Shown here piece by piece: positions 21,480-32,049 of a DNA stretch of 38,935 nucleotides (its first letter is position 1; the number at the start of each line of letters is the position of its first letter). The position numbers and the translations under genes were made by a program. The notes beneath the pieces were generated by a model. It ran no database searches and was not told the origin of the DNA. It saw only the letters and a list, made by a program, of their open reading frames with translations. Source of the stretch: Octopus bimaculoides (taxonomy: Eukaryota); contig NC_069000.1 of the NCBI RefSeq assembly GCF_001194135.2, positions 34,513,606 through 34,552,540 on the forward strand. The letters are read 5' to 3'.

Positions 21480-21900
21480 TTTACTTACTGAAAGATATTT
21501 CAAAGTGGATTTGTCTGGGAATTCTATAAATCTGTACATGTAAACACAATTCTGTAACAGTATAATGGAATGAAGTATGAAACATTAAATTCATTATATC
21601 TAAACTACATTAAATGAGTATCATATTTCTGTTTTATTTCCTTTCTGATCAGCTTCGTAGTTGTTTATATCTTGGTCAAAAGATTTGCCATACAGGATGT
21701 AAAACTTATAATTTTGGCTATGATGTTGTTTCGTTTTTACTGCGATTGGACATCAGGGTGATTTACTATGACTATGGTTTTGCTGTCATCTAATAATTGC
21801 AAAGAGCTACTAGGCAGATGGAAATGTAGCATTCTTTTCATCTTTCTAGTAGAATTTTCGTTTGAATAATCAAGAAAAAAATGTTTCTTAAAGATAATGC
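21480..21900 (-). mobile_element. Possible Penelope-like element remnant (N-terminal RT region)
   Basis: LQLLDDSKTIVIVN (compare L..L..D..IVI..ADKG) followed by QIYRIPRQIH (compare LYGLPKIHK) at plausible spacing; weak. Confidence 0.33.
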
Positions 21901-21945
21901 AAGCATTAAATAATGTAAGCCATGTATCATGTGTGGCTTATGTAT

Positions 21946-22155
21946 TCTCTTTTACTTGTTTCAGTCATTTGACTGTGGCCATGCTGGAGCACCGCCTTTA
22001 GTCAAGCAACTCAACCCCAGGACTTATTCTTTGTAAGCCTAGTACTTATTCTATCAGTCTCTTTTTGTCGAACCGCTAAGTTACTGGGACGTAAACACAC
22101 CAGCATCGGTTGTCAAGCGATGTTGGGGGTGACAAACACAGACACACAAACACAC

Positions 22156-22187
<32 letters not shown>

Positions 22188-22350
22188 GACAGGCTTCTTT
22201 CAGTTTCCGTCTACCAAATCCACTGACAAGGCTTTGGTCGGCTTGAGGCTATAGTAGAAGACACTTGCCCAAGGTGCCATGCAGTGTGACTGAACCCGGA
22301 ACCATGTGGTTGGTAAGCAAGCTACTTACTACACAGCCACTCCTGCGCCT
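21946..22350 (-). mobile_element. SINE family A, full length
   Basis: Reverse complement of the 12393-12768 copy along its whole length. Confidence 0.92.
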
Positions 22351-22726
22351 ATTTGGAGAAGAAGGGATAATGAGATGATATGACCTCTCCACATAACTGC
22401 CAACATAGTGTAAGCAATTTTACATAAGTTTTCATGAACAGACTGTGATATTGTAGCTTGTTTTCAGTATTTCATTATTATTTGTAACAATAATTGTGCC
22501 TAGGGGACTTATGTTATCCTGATCCCTATCCTTCAACACTCAGTCTCCCATCTGCAATACAACCATATTTAGACACAAGACAATTTATTGATACATTACA
22601 AATTTTAAGCACGTCTTACACAACAGCAAATATGTTACTCTGATTCAGGCAACATTCCAAGAAGAAGGGTATCTCTGATGTGGGACAATGGAATTAAGGT
22701 CACTATGTTGTTGTGAATATAGTGAA

Positions 22727-23215
22727 AGCCCATGGCTCAGTGGTTAGAGCATCGGGCTCACAATCATGATGTAGTGAGTTTGATTCCCAGACCGACTTGT
22801 GTGTTGTGGTCTTGAGCAAGACACTTTATTTCACGTTGCTCCTGTTCACTCAGCTGTAGAAATGAGTTGCAATGTCACAGNNNNNNNNNNTATCGGCCTT
22901 TGTCTTTCTCTTGGATAACATCATTGGCATGGAGAGAGGAGGCTGGTATGCATGGGTGACTGCTGGTCTTCCATAATCAACTTTGCCTGGATTTATGCCT
23001 CGGAGGGGAACTTTCTTGGTGCAATCCCATGGTCATTCATGACCAAAGGGTGTCTTTACCCCTTTTCCTTATGTACATATAATGGTATGGAGAGAAGCTG
23101 GTACGCATGGGCGACTGCTGATCTTCCATAATTAACCTTGCCCGGACTTGTGCCTCGGAGGGGAATTTCCTTGGTACATCCCATGTTCATTCATGACCAA
23201 AGGGGTTCTTTTACT
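22727..23215 (+). mobile_element. SINE family C-type element with tandemly duplicated 3' end (about 22930-23062 and 23085-23215)
   Basis: Head tggctcagtggttagagc...gagtttgattccc; gctggta.gcatggg.gactgctg.tcttccataa...tcattcatgaccaaaggg occurs twice. Confidence 0.75.
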
Positions 23216-23349
23216 TTACTGTTGTGGATGTAATAAAGGGTTTAGTTTGAAATTCTAAGAATGTTACCAAATATGACAAGTACCTGAAGATGTCCAAAGG
23301 ATACAATAGCTGAAGCGATGTTGTATCAATTAAAATGATGTCACCAGTT

Positions 23350-23600
23350 TCAATATATCATCATCATCATCATCGTCGTTTAACGTCCGCTTTTCATGCT
23401 AGCATGGGTTGGACGATTTGACTGTGGACTGGTGAAACCAGATGGCTACACCAGGCTCCAATCTGATTTGGCAGAGTTTCTACAGCTGGATGCCCTTCCT
23501 AACTCCAATCACTCTGAGAGTGTAGTGGGTGCTTTTACATCCCACTAGCACGAAGGCCAGTCAGGCGATTCTGGCAACGACCACGCTCAAAATGGTGTAT
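23350..23600 (-). mobile_element. RTE LINE 3' UTR fragment with (GAT)n tail
   Basis: Reverse complement of 14060-14348. Confidence 0.75.
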
Positions 23601-23611
23601 TCAGTATATCT

Positions 23612-24122
23612 TTTACTTTTTATTTGGTTCAATCATTGAACTGTGAACATGCTGGGACAACTGCTAAGTTATGGGAACAGAAACAAACCAACACCAATTG
23701 TCAAGTGGTAGTGGGAGACAAACATAATGTCACACACACACACACGCACACACACACACACACACACACATGATCAGCTTCCATGCTGTAACTTAGCAGT
23801 TCAGCAAAAGAGACTGTTAGAATTAAGTACAGAACTTTAAAAATAAGTACTGGGGAGGAGGGGTCGATTTGCTTGACTAATCCCCTTCAAGCTGGTGCCC
23901 CAGCATGGCCACAGTTCAGTGAGTCATGGCAAACTGGCAGAATCATTAGTATGCCAGGTAAGATTTCATGTCTTTACATTCCGAGTTCAAATTCTGCTGA
24001 GGCTGACTTTACCTTTCAAGCTTTAGGGGTTGATAAAATAAGTAGCAGTTGCGTACTGGGGTCGATGTAATTGACTCCCCCTTCCCCACCGCCTCAAAAT
24101 TGCTGGCTTTGTGCCATAATTT
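23612..24122. mobile_element. SINE fragments: family A 3' (-), family A 3' (+), family B (+)
   Basis: Diagnostic blocks at about 23612-23730, 23786-23920 and 23925-24122. Confidence 0.75.
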
Positions 24123-24389
24123 TAATCTATATGTTTACAGAATCATTTTCCACTGGAGAGTGGGAAAATGGGGTAGACAAGTAGGTAGGTGGGTGGATCA
24201 CTAGATGGGTGGGGGTATTTCTGTACTTTTAATAACACACACACACACACACACACAACGAGAAACAAACCTGATCTATGACAAAATGACTGGAATCAAC
24301 AGACAACAGTTTCTGTGCTATTTATTCAGTCAGTAAACAATTGACATTTCAAAAGAGAAACAATTGTTTGTTTGTCTGTCCGTCTGCCT

Positions 24390-24822
24390 CCTCTCTCTTT
24401 CTCTCTCTCTCTCTCTCTTATAATTGCTGATATCACAAAATTCTTTGTCTGTCTCAGGCTTTCTATCTTGTTGTCTCTTAATACTTTCTCTCTCTGTCTC
24501 CCTCTCTCTACCTCTACCTCTCTCTCTGTCTCCCTCTCTCTCTACCTCTCTCTCTACCTACCTACCTCTGTCTCCTCCTCTCTCTCTCTCTACCTACCTC
24601 TCTCTCCCTCTCTCTCTCCTCTCTCTCTACCTACCTACCTACCTCTCTGTCTGTCTGTCTGTCTCTCTCTCCCTCCCTCTATCTCCCCCCTCTCTCTCTT
24701 TTATAAATGCTGATATCACAAAATTCTGCCTCTCAGGCTTTCTATCTTGCTGCCTCTTAATACTTTCTCTCTCTGTCTCCCTCTCTCTCTCTCTTTTCTC
24801 TACCTACCTACCTACCTCTCTA

Positions 24823-24853
<31 letters not shown>

Positions 24854-24920
24854 ACCTACCTACCTATCCCTTTGTCTATCTCTTGGTCTCTCTAATATAA
24901 ACGCTGATATCACATAATCT
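24390..24920. repeat. CT-rich tandem repeat with unique spacer unit
   Basis: gctgatatcaca at 24426, 24709 and 24903; the first two continue with ctcaggctttctatcttg..tcttaatactttctc. Confidence 0.9.
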
Positions 24921-24994
24921 TCTAATCTGTTTCAACATTATCAATACCACCACCACCACCATCACCATCATCATCTGTGTGTGCGTGTGTATGT

Positions 24995-26010
24995 GTGCGT
25001 CTTTGAGTCCGTGTTTGTCCCTCATATCGCCATTTAACAACCGGTGTTGGTATGTTTATATCCTCCGTAACTTAGCAGTTCGGTAAAAGATGACGATGAA
25101 ATAAGCACTAGCCTTTAAAAAAAATAATAAGTCCTGGGGCAGATTTATTCGGCTAAAACCCTTCAAGGCGGTGCTCCAGCGTGGCCGCAGTCAAATGATT
25201 GAAACAAGTAAAAGAGTATGTATATTTATATAGAGTAAAAAAATTCTTTTTCGGTCTTCAGACGGGGAAGCAATTTTCATTGCAAATTATTTCAGAAGTT
25301 GCCTCCCTTCCTTATTGCTTCGTATGTATGTATGTATGTACGTATGTATGTATGTATGTATTGTGTATGTATGTATTGTGTATGTATGTATTTATGTACA
25401 TATGTATGTATCTTTTTTTTGTTTTTTATTTATTTGTTACAGTCTTTGTACTGCGGCCTTATTGGGGTTCCGCTTTGAAAGGGTTTAGTCGAACAAATCG
25501 AGATCAGTACCCATCTATCTTTTTTTAAAGCCTGATACATATTTTATCTGACTGTTTTGCCGAACCGCTAGATTACGGGGGACNNNNNNNNNNNNNNNNN
25601 NNNNNNNNNNNNNNNNNNNNNNNNNNNNNNNNNNNNNNNNNNNNNNNNNNNNNNNNNNNNNNNNNNNNNNNNNNNNNNNNNNNNNNNNNNNNNNNNNNNN
25701 NNNNNNNNNNNNNNNNNNNNNNNNNNNNNNNNNNNNNNNNNNNNNNNNNNNNNNNNNNNNNNNNNNNNNNNNNNNNNNNNNNNNNNNNNNNNNNNNNNNN
25801 NNNNNNNNNNNNNNATATATATATATATATATATATATAGGTAGATATAGATATATACGACAGGCTTCTTCCAGTTTCCGTCTACCGAATCCACTCACAA
25901 GTCTTTGGTCGGCCCGAGGCTATAGCAGAAGACACTTGCCCCAAGATGCTACGCAGTAACACTGAACCCAGAATCATGTTGGGAAGCTAACTTCTTACCA
26001 CTCAGTCACG
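24995..26010. mobile_element. SINE family A: 3' half (+, about 24995-25215) and a full copy (-, about 25420-26010) split by a gap
   Basis: Diagnostic blocks; CpGs largely retained. Confidence 0.85.
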
Positions 26011-26049
26011 CCCCCAACTACCACCACCACCGTACACAAGCCGGTTTCA

Positions 26050-26400
26050 TTTTTACTATACTTTTCCGTAAACAATTCCTTATTCACAACACCATGAAGT
26101 TATATTTGCGCCAGTTACCCGCTTGCATTAAGAATCAACATTTCGGCAATCTATTTTAGTTTTAAATTTTACACGCATTATTCTTTATTTTATTTCATAA
26201 TTTTAATCAAACTGCCATTTCCTTTAAACTCTCGCTTCTATGTGAAGCGATATGACGTAATCCGGATTCTTCTTCCGAGCGTGATGTAAACCACAAAGTA
26301 ATATGAGTCAACTTGTTTCCGCAGTAACGAAGTGAAGCTAATCACAGCCATCACATCTTTAAAAGCTATCAAGCGTATATAATATATCACGTGAATATTA
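26050..26400. promoter_or_regulatory. Putative CpG-rich promoter
   Basis: Unique sequence with TGACGTAA (26253-26260), palindrome AATCCGGATT (26259-26268), ETS-like CTTCCG (26272-26277), AACCACA, AP-1 TGAGTCA (26304-26310), X-box-like GTTTCCGCAGTAAC (26315-26328), TCACGTGA (26387-26394); lies near the edge of the CpG-depleted domain. Confidence 0.5.
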
Positions 26401-26885
26401 TTTAATATATGGCAAAAATGTGTGTGCGTGTGTACGCACTTTATTTTAATTTGTTAATCATTAGAAAGTTTCAAAACAGACTCAAAGGCTCGGAGTTTCG
26501 TGTGTAACACTTATCTAACTTCATAAGGTCCACAAGTTTGGAATGTGATATGCGCAAAAATAGGCTTTTCAGTCTCATTCGTAAATTTGTAAATTATTGC
26601 CAATTGAAAGATTATATATGTGCGTGCGTACGTGTGTGTGTGTGTGTACATACATACACACATGTATTTATATCTGATATATACAAAACAGCTCACATTT
26701 CGCAGATAGTTCAAAATTTAATTGTGTTCAACATCTGTTTCATTAAGAATAAACATCATTAATGCCATGATTATGTAATTAATTCATAATTATATATTAA
26801 TTACTATTAAATTTATTTAAAGCAATGGTTATCCAAAATCATCAAGAATATTACGGGCTATATTAATCATATACTGTTGTTGGTG

Positions 26886-26935
<50 letters not shown>

Positions 26936-27372
26936 NNNNNNNNNNNNNNNNNNNNNNNNNNNNNNNNNNNNNNNNNNNNNNNNNNNNNNNNNNNNNNNNN
27001 NNNNNNNNNNNNNNNNNNNNNNNNNNNNNNNNNNNNNNNNNNNNNNNNNNNNNNNNNNNNNNNNNNNNNNNNNNNNNNNNNNNNNNNNNNNNNNNNNNNN
27101 NNNNNNNNNNNNNNNNNNNNNNNNNNNNNNNNNNNNNNNNNNNNNNNNNNNNNNNNNNNNNNNNNNNNNNNNNNNNNNNNNNNNNNNNNNNNNNNNNNNN
27201 NNNNNNNNNNNGGCAGCTGATGAAGGGGATGTTTCTATGTGGCCTGCTTGTTTGTTGCACCGTGTTTACCATTTTGTCCTTGTTCTTTTGCCACGTCATG
27301 TACCTAGTTATGTGTTTTTATGTACATGTAGATGAACGTATATACATACATGTACATATATATATGCATATA

Positions 27373-27407
<35 letters not shown>

Positions 27408-27485
27408 GGAGTGCCAGTTATCAATTGTGCTCTTAATTATTGTGGATATATGTTTTGATGTACGCATAATCTTTTTTTGTGTATA

Positions 27486-27652
27486 CGGTGCCGTCTTAAG
27501 GTATCGACAGACTGAGCAATTGCCTGGGGCCTCTTGAGTCTAGGGTCCAATTCTGACCTGTGTAAGCTGTAGCTTGCTGTCATTAAGTAAATATTATAAG
27601 GCCCATGGAACTGACATGTTCAGGGCCCCATAATGCTGCTAGGCCGGCCCTG
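27486..27652. mobile_element. Probable hAT-type MITE (about 167 bp)
   Basis: Ends cggtgccgtcttaag and ctaggccggccctg (reverse complement cagggccggcctag) resemble hAT TIRs; GC-rich subterminal ggggcc/ggcccc motifs; no intact 8-bp TSD. Confidence 0.5.
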
Positions 27653-28478
27653 ACTGCTAGTAACTTCCACTATTCCTAGACATAGATTATCATTGAACAT
27701 TCTCACTTGAAACTGCTAATGGACATTACCTATAACTTTATTACTTATTTGATCAAGAAACTACGTAACACATACCTGTTTTAGTCTGATTCTTCTCCCA
27801 TTTTTTCACAAACTGGATATACTAATATCTCCGATTGTGGAAATTCCTTCAATTTTACATCTCTATGACTTCTCCCTCTCTATTAACGGTATACTCAGCT
27901 TATGGAATCTTTATTCAAGTATCATGATACCGCATGCTCGAAACAGCTGCAAGAGACTGTATGTTTATACTCTCGACCTAAATTAAATGTTTTTTCTCTT
28001 TTTTTTTTTTCGAATGACGCCAAATGTTTTTTTTTTTCCTTTTCCTATTTTAATCTATATACGTATGTTTATGTATATATATATATATATATATNNNNNN
28101 NNNNNNNNNNNNNNNNNNNNNNNNNNNNNNNNNNNNNNNNNNNNNNNNNNNNNNNNNNNNNNNNNNNNNNNNNNNNNNNNNNNNNNNNNNNNNNNNNNNN
28201 NNNNNNNNNNNNNNNNNNNNNNNNNNNNNNNNNNNNNNNNNNNNNNNNNNNNNNNNNNNNNNNNNNNNNNNNNNNNNNNNNNNNNNNNNNNNNNNNNNNN
28301 NNNNNNNNNNNNNNNNNNNNNNNNNNNNNNNNNNNNNNNNNNNNNNNNNNNNNNNNNNNNNNNNNNNNNNNNNNNNNNNNNNNNNNNNNNNNNNNNNNNT
28401 TTTTTTTTTTTTTTTTTTTGTAAATTCCAACTATATATATACACACACATATATACATATACATATATATACAGATAC

Positions 28479-28568
28479 ACATACTATACAAGATACAAAT
28501 TAAGATATATGCTATATATATATATATATATATAGCATATATCTTAATTTGTATCTTGTATAGTATGT
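28479..28568. repeat. Perfect 90-bp spacerless palindrome centred on (TA)11
   Basis: Arms acatactatacaagatacaaattaagatatatgc and gcatatatcttaatttgtatcttgtatagtatgt are exact reverse complements. Confidence 0.92.
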
Positions 28569-29289
28569 ATATGTATATATATGTATGTATGTATATGTGT
28601 GTATTATGTATGCATAAGATATATAATACATACATACACACGCATACATACATACATACACGCGAAAATATTGTAGAATGAAATTTGAGAAAAAGTACGG
28701 ATTTATGTTAGTTTTTGAAGTCATCTTACGATGTTTATAGACTGTTTAATAAATAAACAAATCTTTAAAACTTCGTAATGTGAGAACTAGAATTTACCAA
28801 CACAGACAGAAATGAAATACGTCTTGTTTTAGCACTAGATCAGCCGTAACCGACCAAACTTATGATCAGTCAATCCAGCCGCGACCATTCCGTTAGTTTT
28901 CCTTGGTACAGCTAATCGATAATACGTCCATTACTTGGTCTGTCTTTCGGGGTTGGTATGAATTGAAGGAGATTTAGTTGTTGTTTCTAGCAGGCTGGTT
29001 GATTATGTCCGTTGCTTACTCGTTGACACGGAGTGATAAAAAGGGGCAAAAACAATACTACTATTACTAGTAGTAGTAGTAGTAGTTTTTTTAGCCCAAG
29101 TCAGCCTTGATCCAGTAGACACAAAGACAGACATGCACGTACACACCACACATAGACAAAAGACAGACAGATAGATATATAGATAGATAGATATAGATAG
29201 ATAGATAGATAGGTAGATAGGTAGATAGATAGATAGATAGGTAGATTAGACAGCTAGGTAGGTAGATAGATAGATAGACAGATAGATAG

Positions 29290-29430
29290 ATTTTCGCATG
29301 GTTTCTATCGACCAAATTCTCTCACGAATCATTGGTCGGTCCGGTAGTTTTAGTCGACGACACTTGTCTAACGTGCCGTGCTGTAGGACTGAACCCGAAA
29401 CTACATTTTTGCAAAGTCAGCTACTTTTAG
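29290..29430 (-). mobile_element. SINE family A, diverged 5' half next to (GATA)n
   Basis: gacacttgtctaacgtgccgtgctgtaggactgaacccgaaac; CpGs retained. Confidence 0.65.
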
Positions 29431-29644
29431 TATTTGCTAAATAGTAAGTAAATTCAACAAGCTATAACAGTTTTACTCATTTGAATCAAAGGTGTTCCAG
29501 CCCTGACCATCTCGTCTTTTTAAACTGGAATGTCTCATTGCTTGCCTTACTTTACTCAGCCTGTCGAAAGCATTGTCATACGTTTATCCCGAACGTCCGT
29601 GCTCTTAGCTGTTGTTTCATACGTTCTAAGTAATAGAAAGCATT

Positions 29645-30341
29645 CCATTAGTGGTTAGGGGCATTTGGCTCACGATCTTAAGGTCGTGAGTTCGATTCCC
29701 GTTGGCGCGTTGTGACCTTCGGCAAGAAACTTTATTCCACATCGCTCTGGCCCACTCAGCTGGCAAAAATGAGTAGTACCTGCATTGCGAAGGGGTCAGC
29801 CTTGTCACGTTCTGTGTCATGCAGAATCTTCCTGAGAACTACGTTAAGGGTACGCGTGTCTGTCGAGTACTCAGCCACTTGCACGTTAGTTTCACGAGCA
29901 GGCTGTTCCTTTTGATGGGATTAGCCGGAACCCCCGTCGTTGGAACCGACAGAGTGCCAGTTTAAAGCTTTCTTTCCATAAAATCCCAAGCTAGTTCGGT
30001 GGTTGAAAATAATCGTGGATGTGTATCATATATGGTTGCATGGACGCCAGGGAAAAATGTCCTGTGTAATACATATGATATACAGGAAAAGCAGGAGGCG
30101 CAATGGCCCAGTGATTAGGGCAGCGGACTCGCGGTTTCGATTCCCAGACCGGGCGTTGTGAGTGTTTATTGAGCGAAAACACCTAAAAGCTCCACGAGGC
30201 TCCGGCAGGGGATGGTGGCGAACCCTGCTGTACTCTTCCACCACAACTTTCTCTCACTCTTTCTTCCTGTTTCTGTTGCACCTGTATTTCAAAGGGCCAG
30301 CCTTGTCACACTGTGTCACGCTGAATCTCCACCGAGAACTA
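29645..30341 (+). mobile_element. Two SINE family C copies (about 29645-29960 and 30096-30341)
   Basis: tRNA-like heads (tagtggttaggg...gagttcgattccc; tggcccagtgattaggg...tttcgattccc) and shared gccttgtcac..tgtgtca.gc.gaatct....gagaacta. Confidence 0.85.
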
Positions 30342-31181
30342 NNNNNNNNNNNNNNNNNNNNNNNNNNNNNNNNNNNNNNNNNNNNNNNNNNNNNNNNNNN
30401 NNNNNNNNNNNNNNNNNNNNNNNNNNNNNNNNNNNNNNNNNNNNNNNNNNNNNNNNNNNNNNNNNNNNNNNNNNNNNNNNNNNNNNNNNNNNNNNNNNNN
30501 NNNNNNNNNNNNNNNNNNNNNNNNNNNNNNNNNNNNNNNNNNNNNNNNNNNNNNNNNNNNNNNNNNNNNNNNNNNNNNNNNNNNNNNNNNNNNNNNNNNN
30601 NNNNNNNNNNNNNNNNNNNNNNNNNNNNNNNNNNNNNTAATGGTGGTGTGATAAACCTTTATAATTAGAAATGGAAACATTTTTTTGTCTTGTAATGAAA
30701 TTTGCTTAATGTCTCTGGGTATAAGTGAAATGATAGGAGTCTCTCTCCCTTTCTCTTTCTCTCCCTCACACACACACACGCGCGCGCAGTAATATAATCT
30801 TCTACAATTCGCGTTGCCAGTATTTCTTCTGCTCAGCCTGTAATTTCTAAGTTTAAATCTATAAGCATCAACAACAGCAAGAAGCAAGCACATCATTAGT
30901 TTTGGTATGTTTTCTTCATGTCGTCGTCGTAGTGGCTGTTGTTGTTTTAATAACCCCGTGACATATCGTGGTTCCTGAAACTGGACCTTCTCGGCATTCC
31001 AACTTGGTGAAACAGGAATATAGTTTCATAAACTCAAATGGCACATGTTTATAAACTGCTGCTTAAACACACCACCTAGAGGGTTAATACCTCATATATA
31101 ATATTTATCTATCTATCTATCTACCTATCTATCTATCTATATTTATGTGTATATATATATATATATATAGGTATATACGTA

Positions 31182-31220
<39 letters not shown>

Positions 31221-31663
31221 NNNNNNNNNNNNNNNNNNNNNNNNNNNNNNNNNNNNNNNNNNNNNNNNNNNNNNNNNNNNNNNNNNNNNNNNNNNNNNNN
31301 NNNNNNNNNNNNNNNNNNNNNNNNNNNNNNNNNNNNNNNNNNNNNNNNNNNNNNNNNNNNNNNNNNNNNNNNNNNNNNNNNNNNNNNNNNNNNNNNNNNN
31401 NNNNNNNNNNNNNNNNNNNNNNNNNNNNNNNNNNNNNNNNNNNNNNNNNNNNNNNNNNNNNNNNNNNNNNNNNNNNNNNNNNNNNNNNNNNNNNNNNNNN
31501 NNNNNNNNNNNNNNNNNNNNNNNNNNNNNNNNNNNNNNNNNNNNNNNNNNNNNNNNNNNNNTATACTCTCACGTTCATATATAATTTAGAATGTAAGGTA
31601 ATACCTTTCTTTTTTAATATGCAAACCGTTTTAGCCCCGTTGTGAATAGTAAGCAACGATGTA

Positions 31664-32036
31664 GTTACATCACATTTTTACGTTCCATAAGCAGGAAAAG
31701 TGAGACCGGTTTCTAACCTTTTTGAACCTCCATCTGAAAAAGAACACCTATTTTCTGTCCACGGAGAGATTGCATTCTAATCGCTATTTATAGTGTCTAC
31801 AAACTACGACTCGGCTCAACTTAATGCCAACGCGAATTAACTCACGCTGCACTATATAGCAACTGGAGATGATCTCAAATGTAAGATATACCGGAGTTCT
31901 AGTTTGTATGCACTGTAAATAGTTATAAGCAACTCATCTCTCCGTGGACATAAAATAGATATTCTTTCTCTGATGAGGTAGAAACTGACGACATTGATCC
32001 CACGTTTTACCCATGGGAAGATAAAATGTTGTAGTG
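31664..32036. mobile_element. Fold-back MITE with long imperfect TIRs
   Basis: 31727-31814 pairs with 31891-31978 (e.g. ctattttctgtccacggagagat / atctctccgtggacataaaatag); weaker pairing extends outward. Confidence 0.75.
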
Positions 32037-32049
32037 CATGTACATTGTT

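Noticed and set aside
21653-21760. Plus-strand hydrophobic candidate exon (FVVVYILVKRFAIQDVKLIILAMML) resembling an MFS transporter segment
   Set aside because: No partner exons found, weak donor, and it is antisense to a possible Penelope-like fragment; cannot be supported without RNA data.
23283-23325. CTGAAGA...GAAGCGATG hammerhead-like string
   Set aside because: GAAA is broken and eight extra bases separate the hairpin from it.
24141-24180. Micro-exon candidate reading GEWENG (MORN-like) or WRVGKWG (TSP1-like)
   Set aside because: Only about 13 codons; two incompatible interpretations indicate chance.
24372-24900. 113-aa and 158-aa Leu/Ser-rich hydrophobic ORFs
   Set aside because: Translation of the (CT)n tandem repeat; not a membrane protein.
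20348-30170. tRNA-like sequences with A and B boxes
   Set aside because: They are SINE heads continuing into family-specific bodies; no complete cloverleaf with acceptor stem recognised.
31968-31992. CTGATGAG-GTA-GAAAC hammerhead-like string
   Set aside because: No room for stem II and no NUH/stem I; part of the MITE arm.
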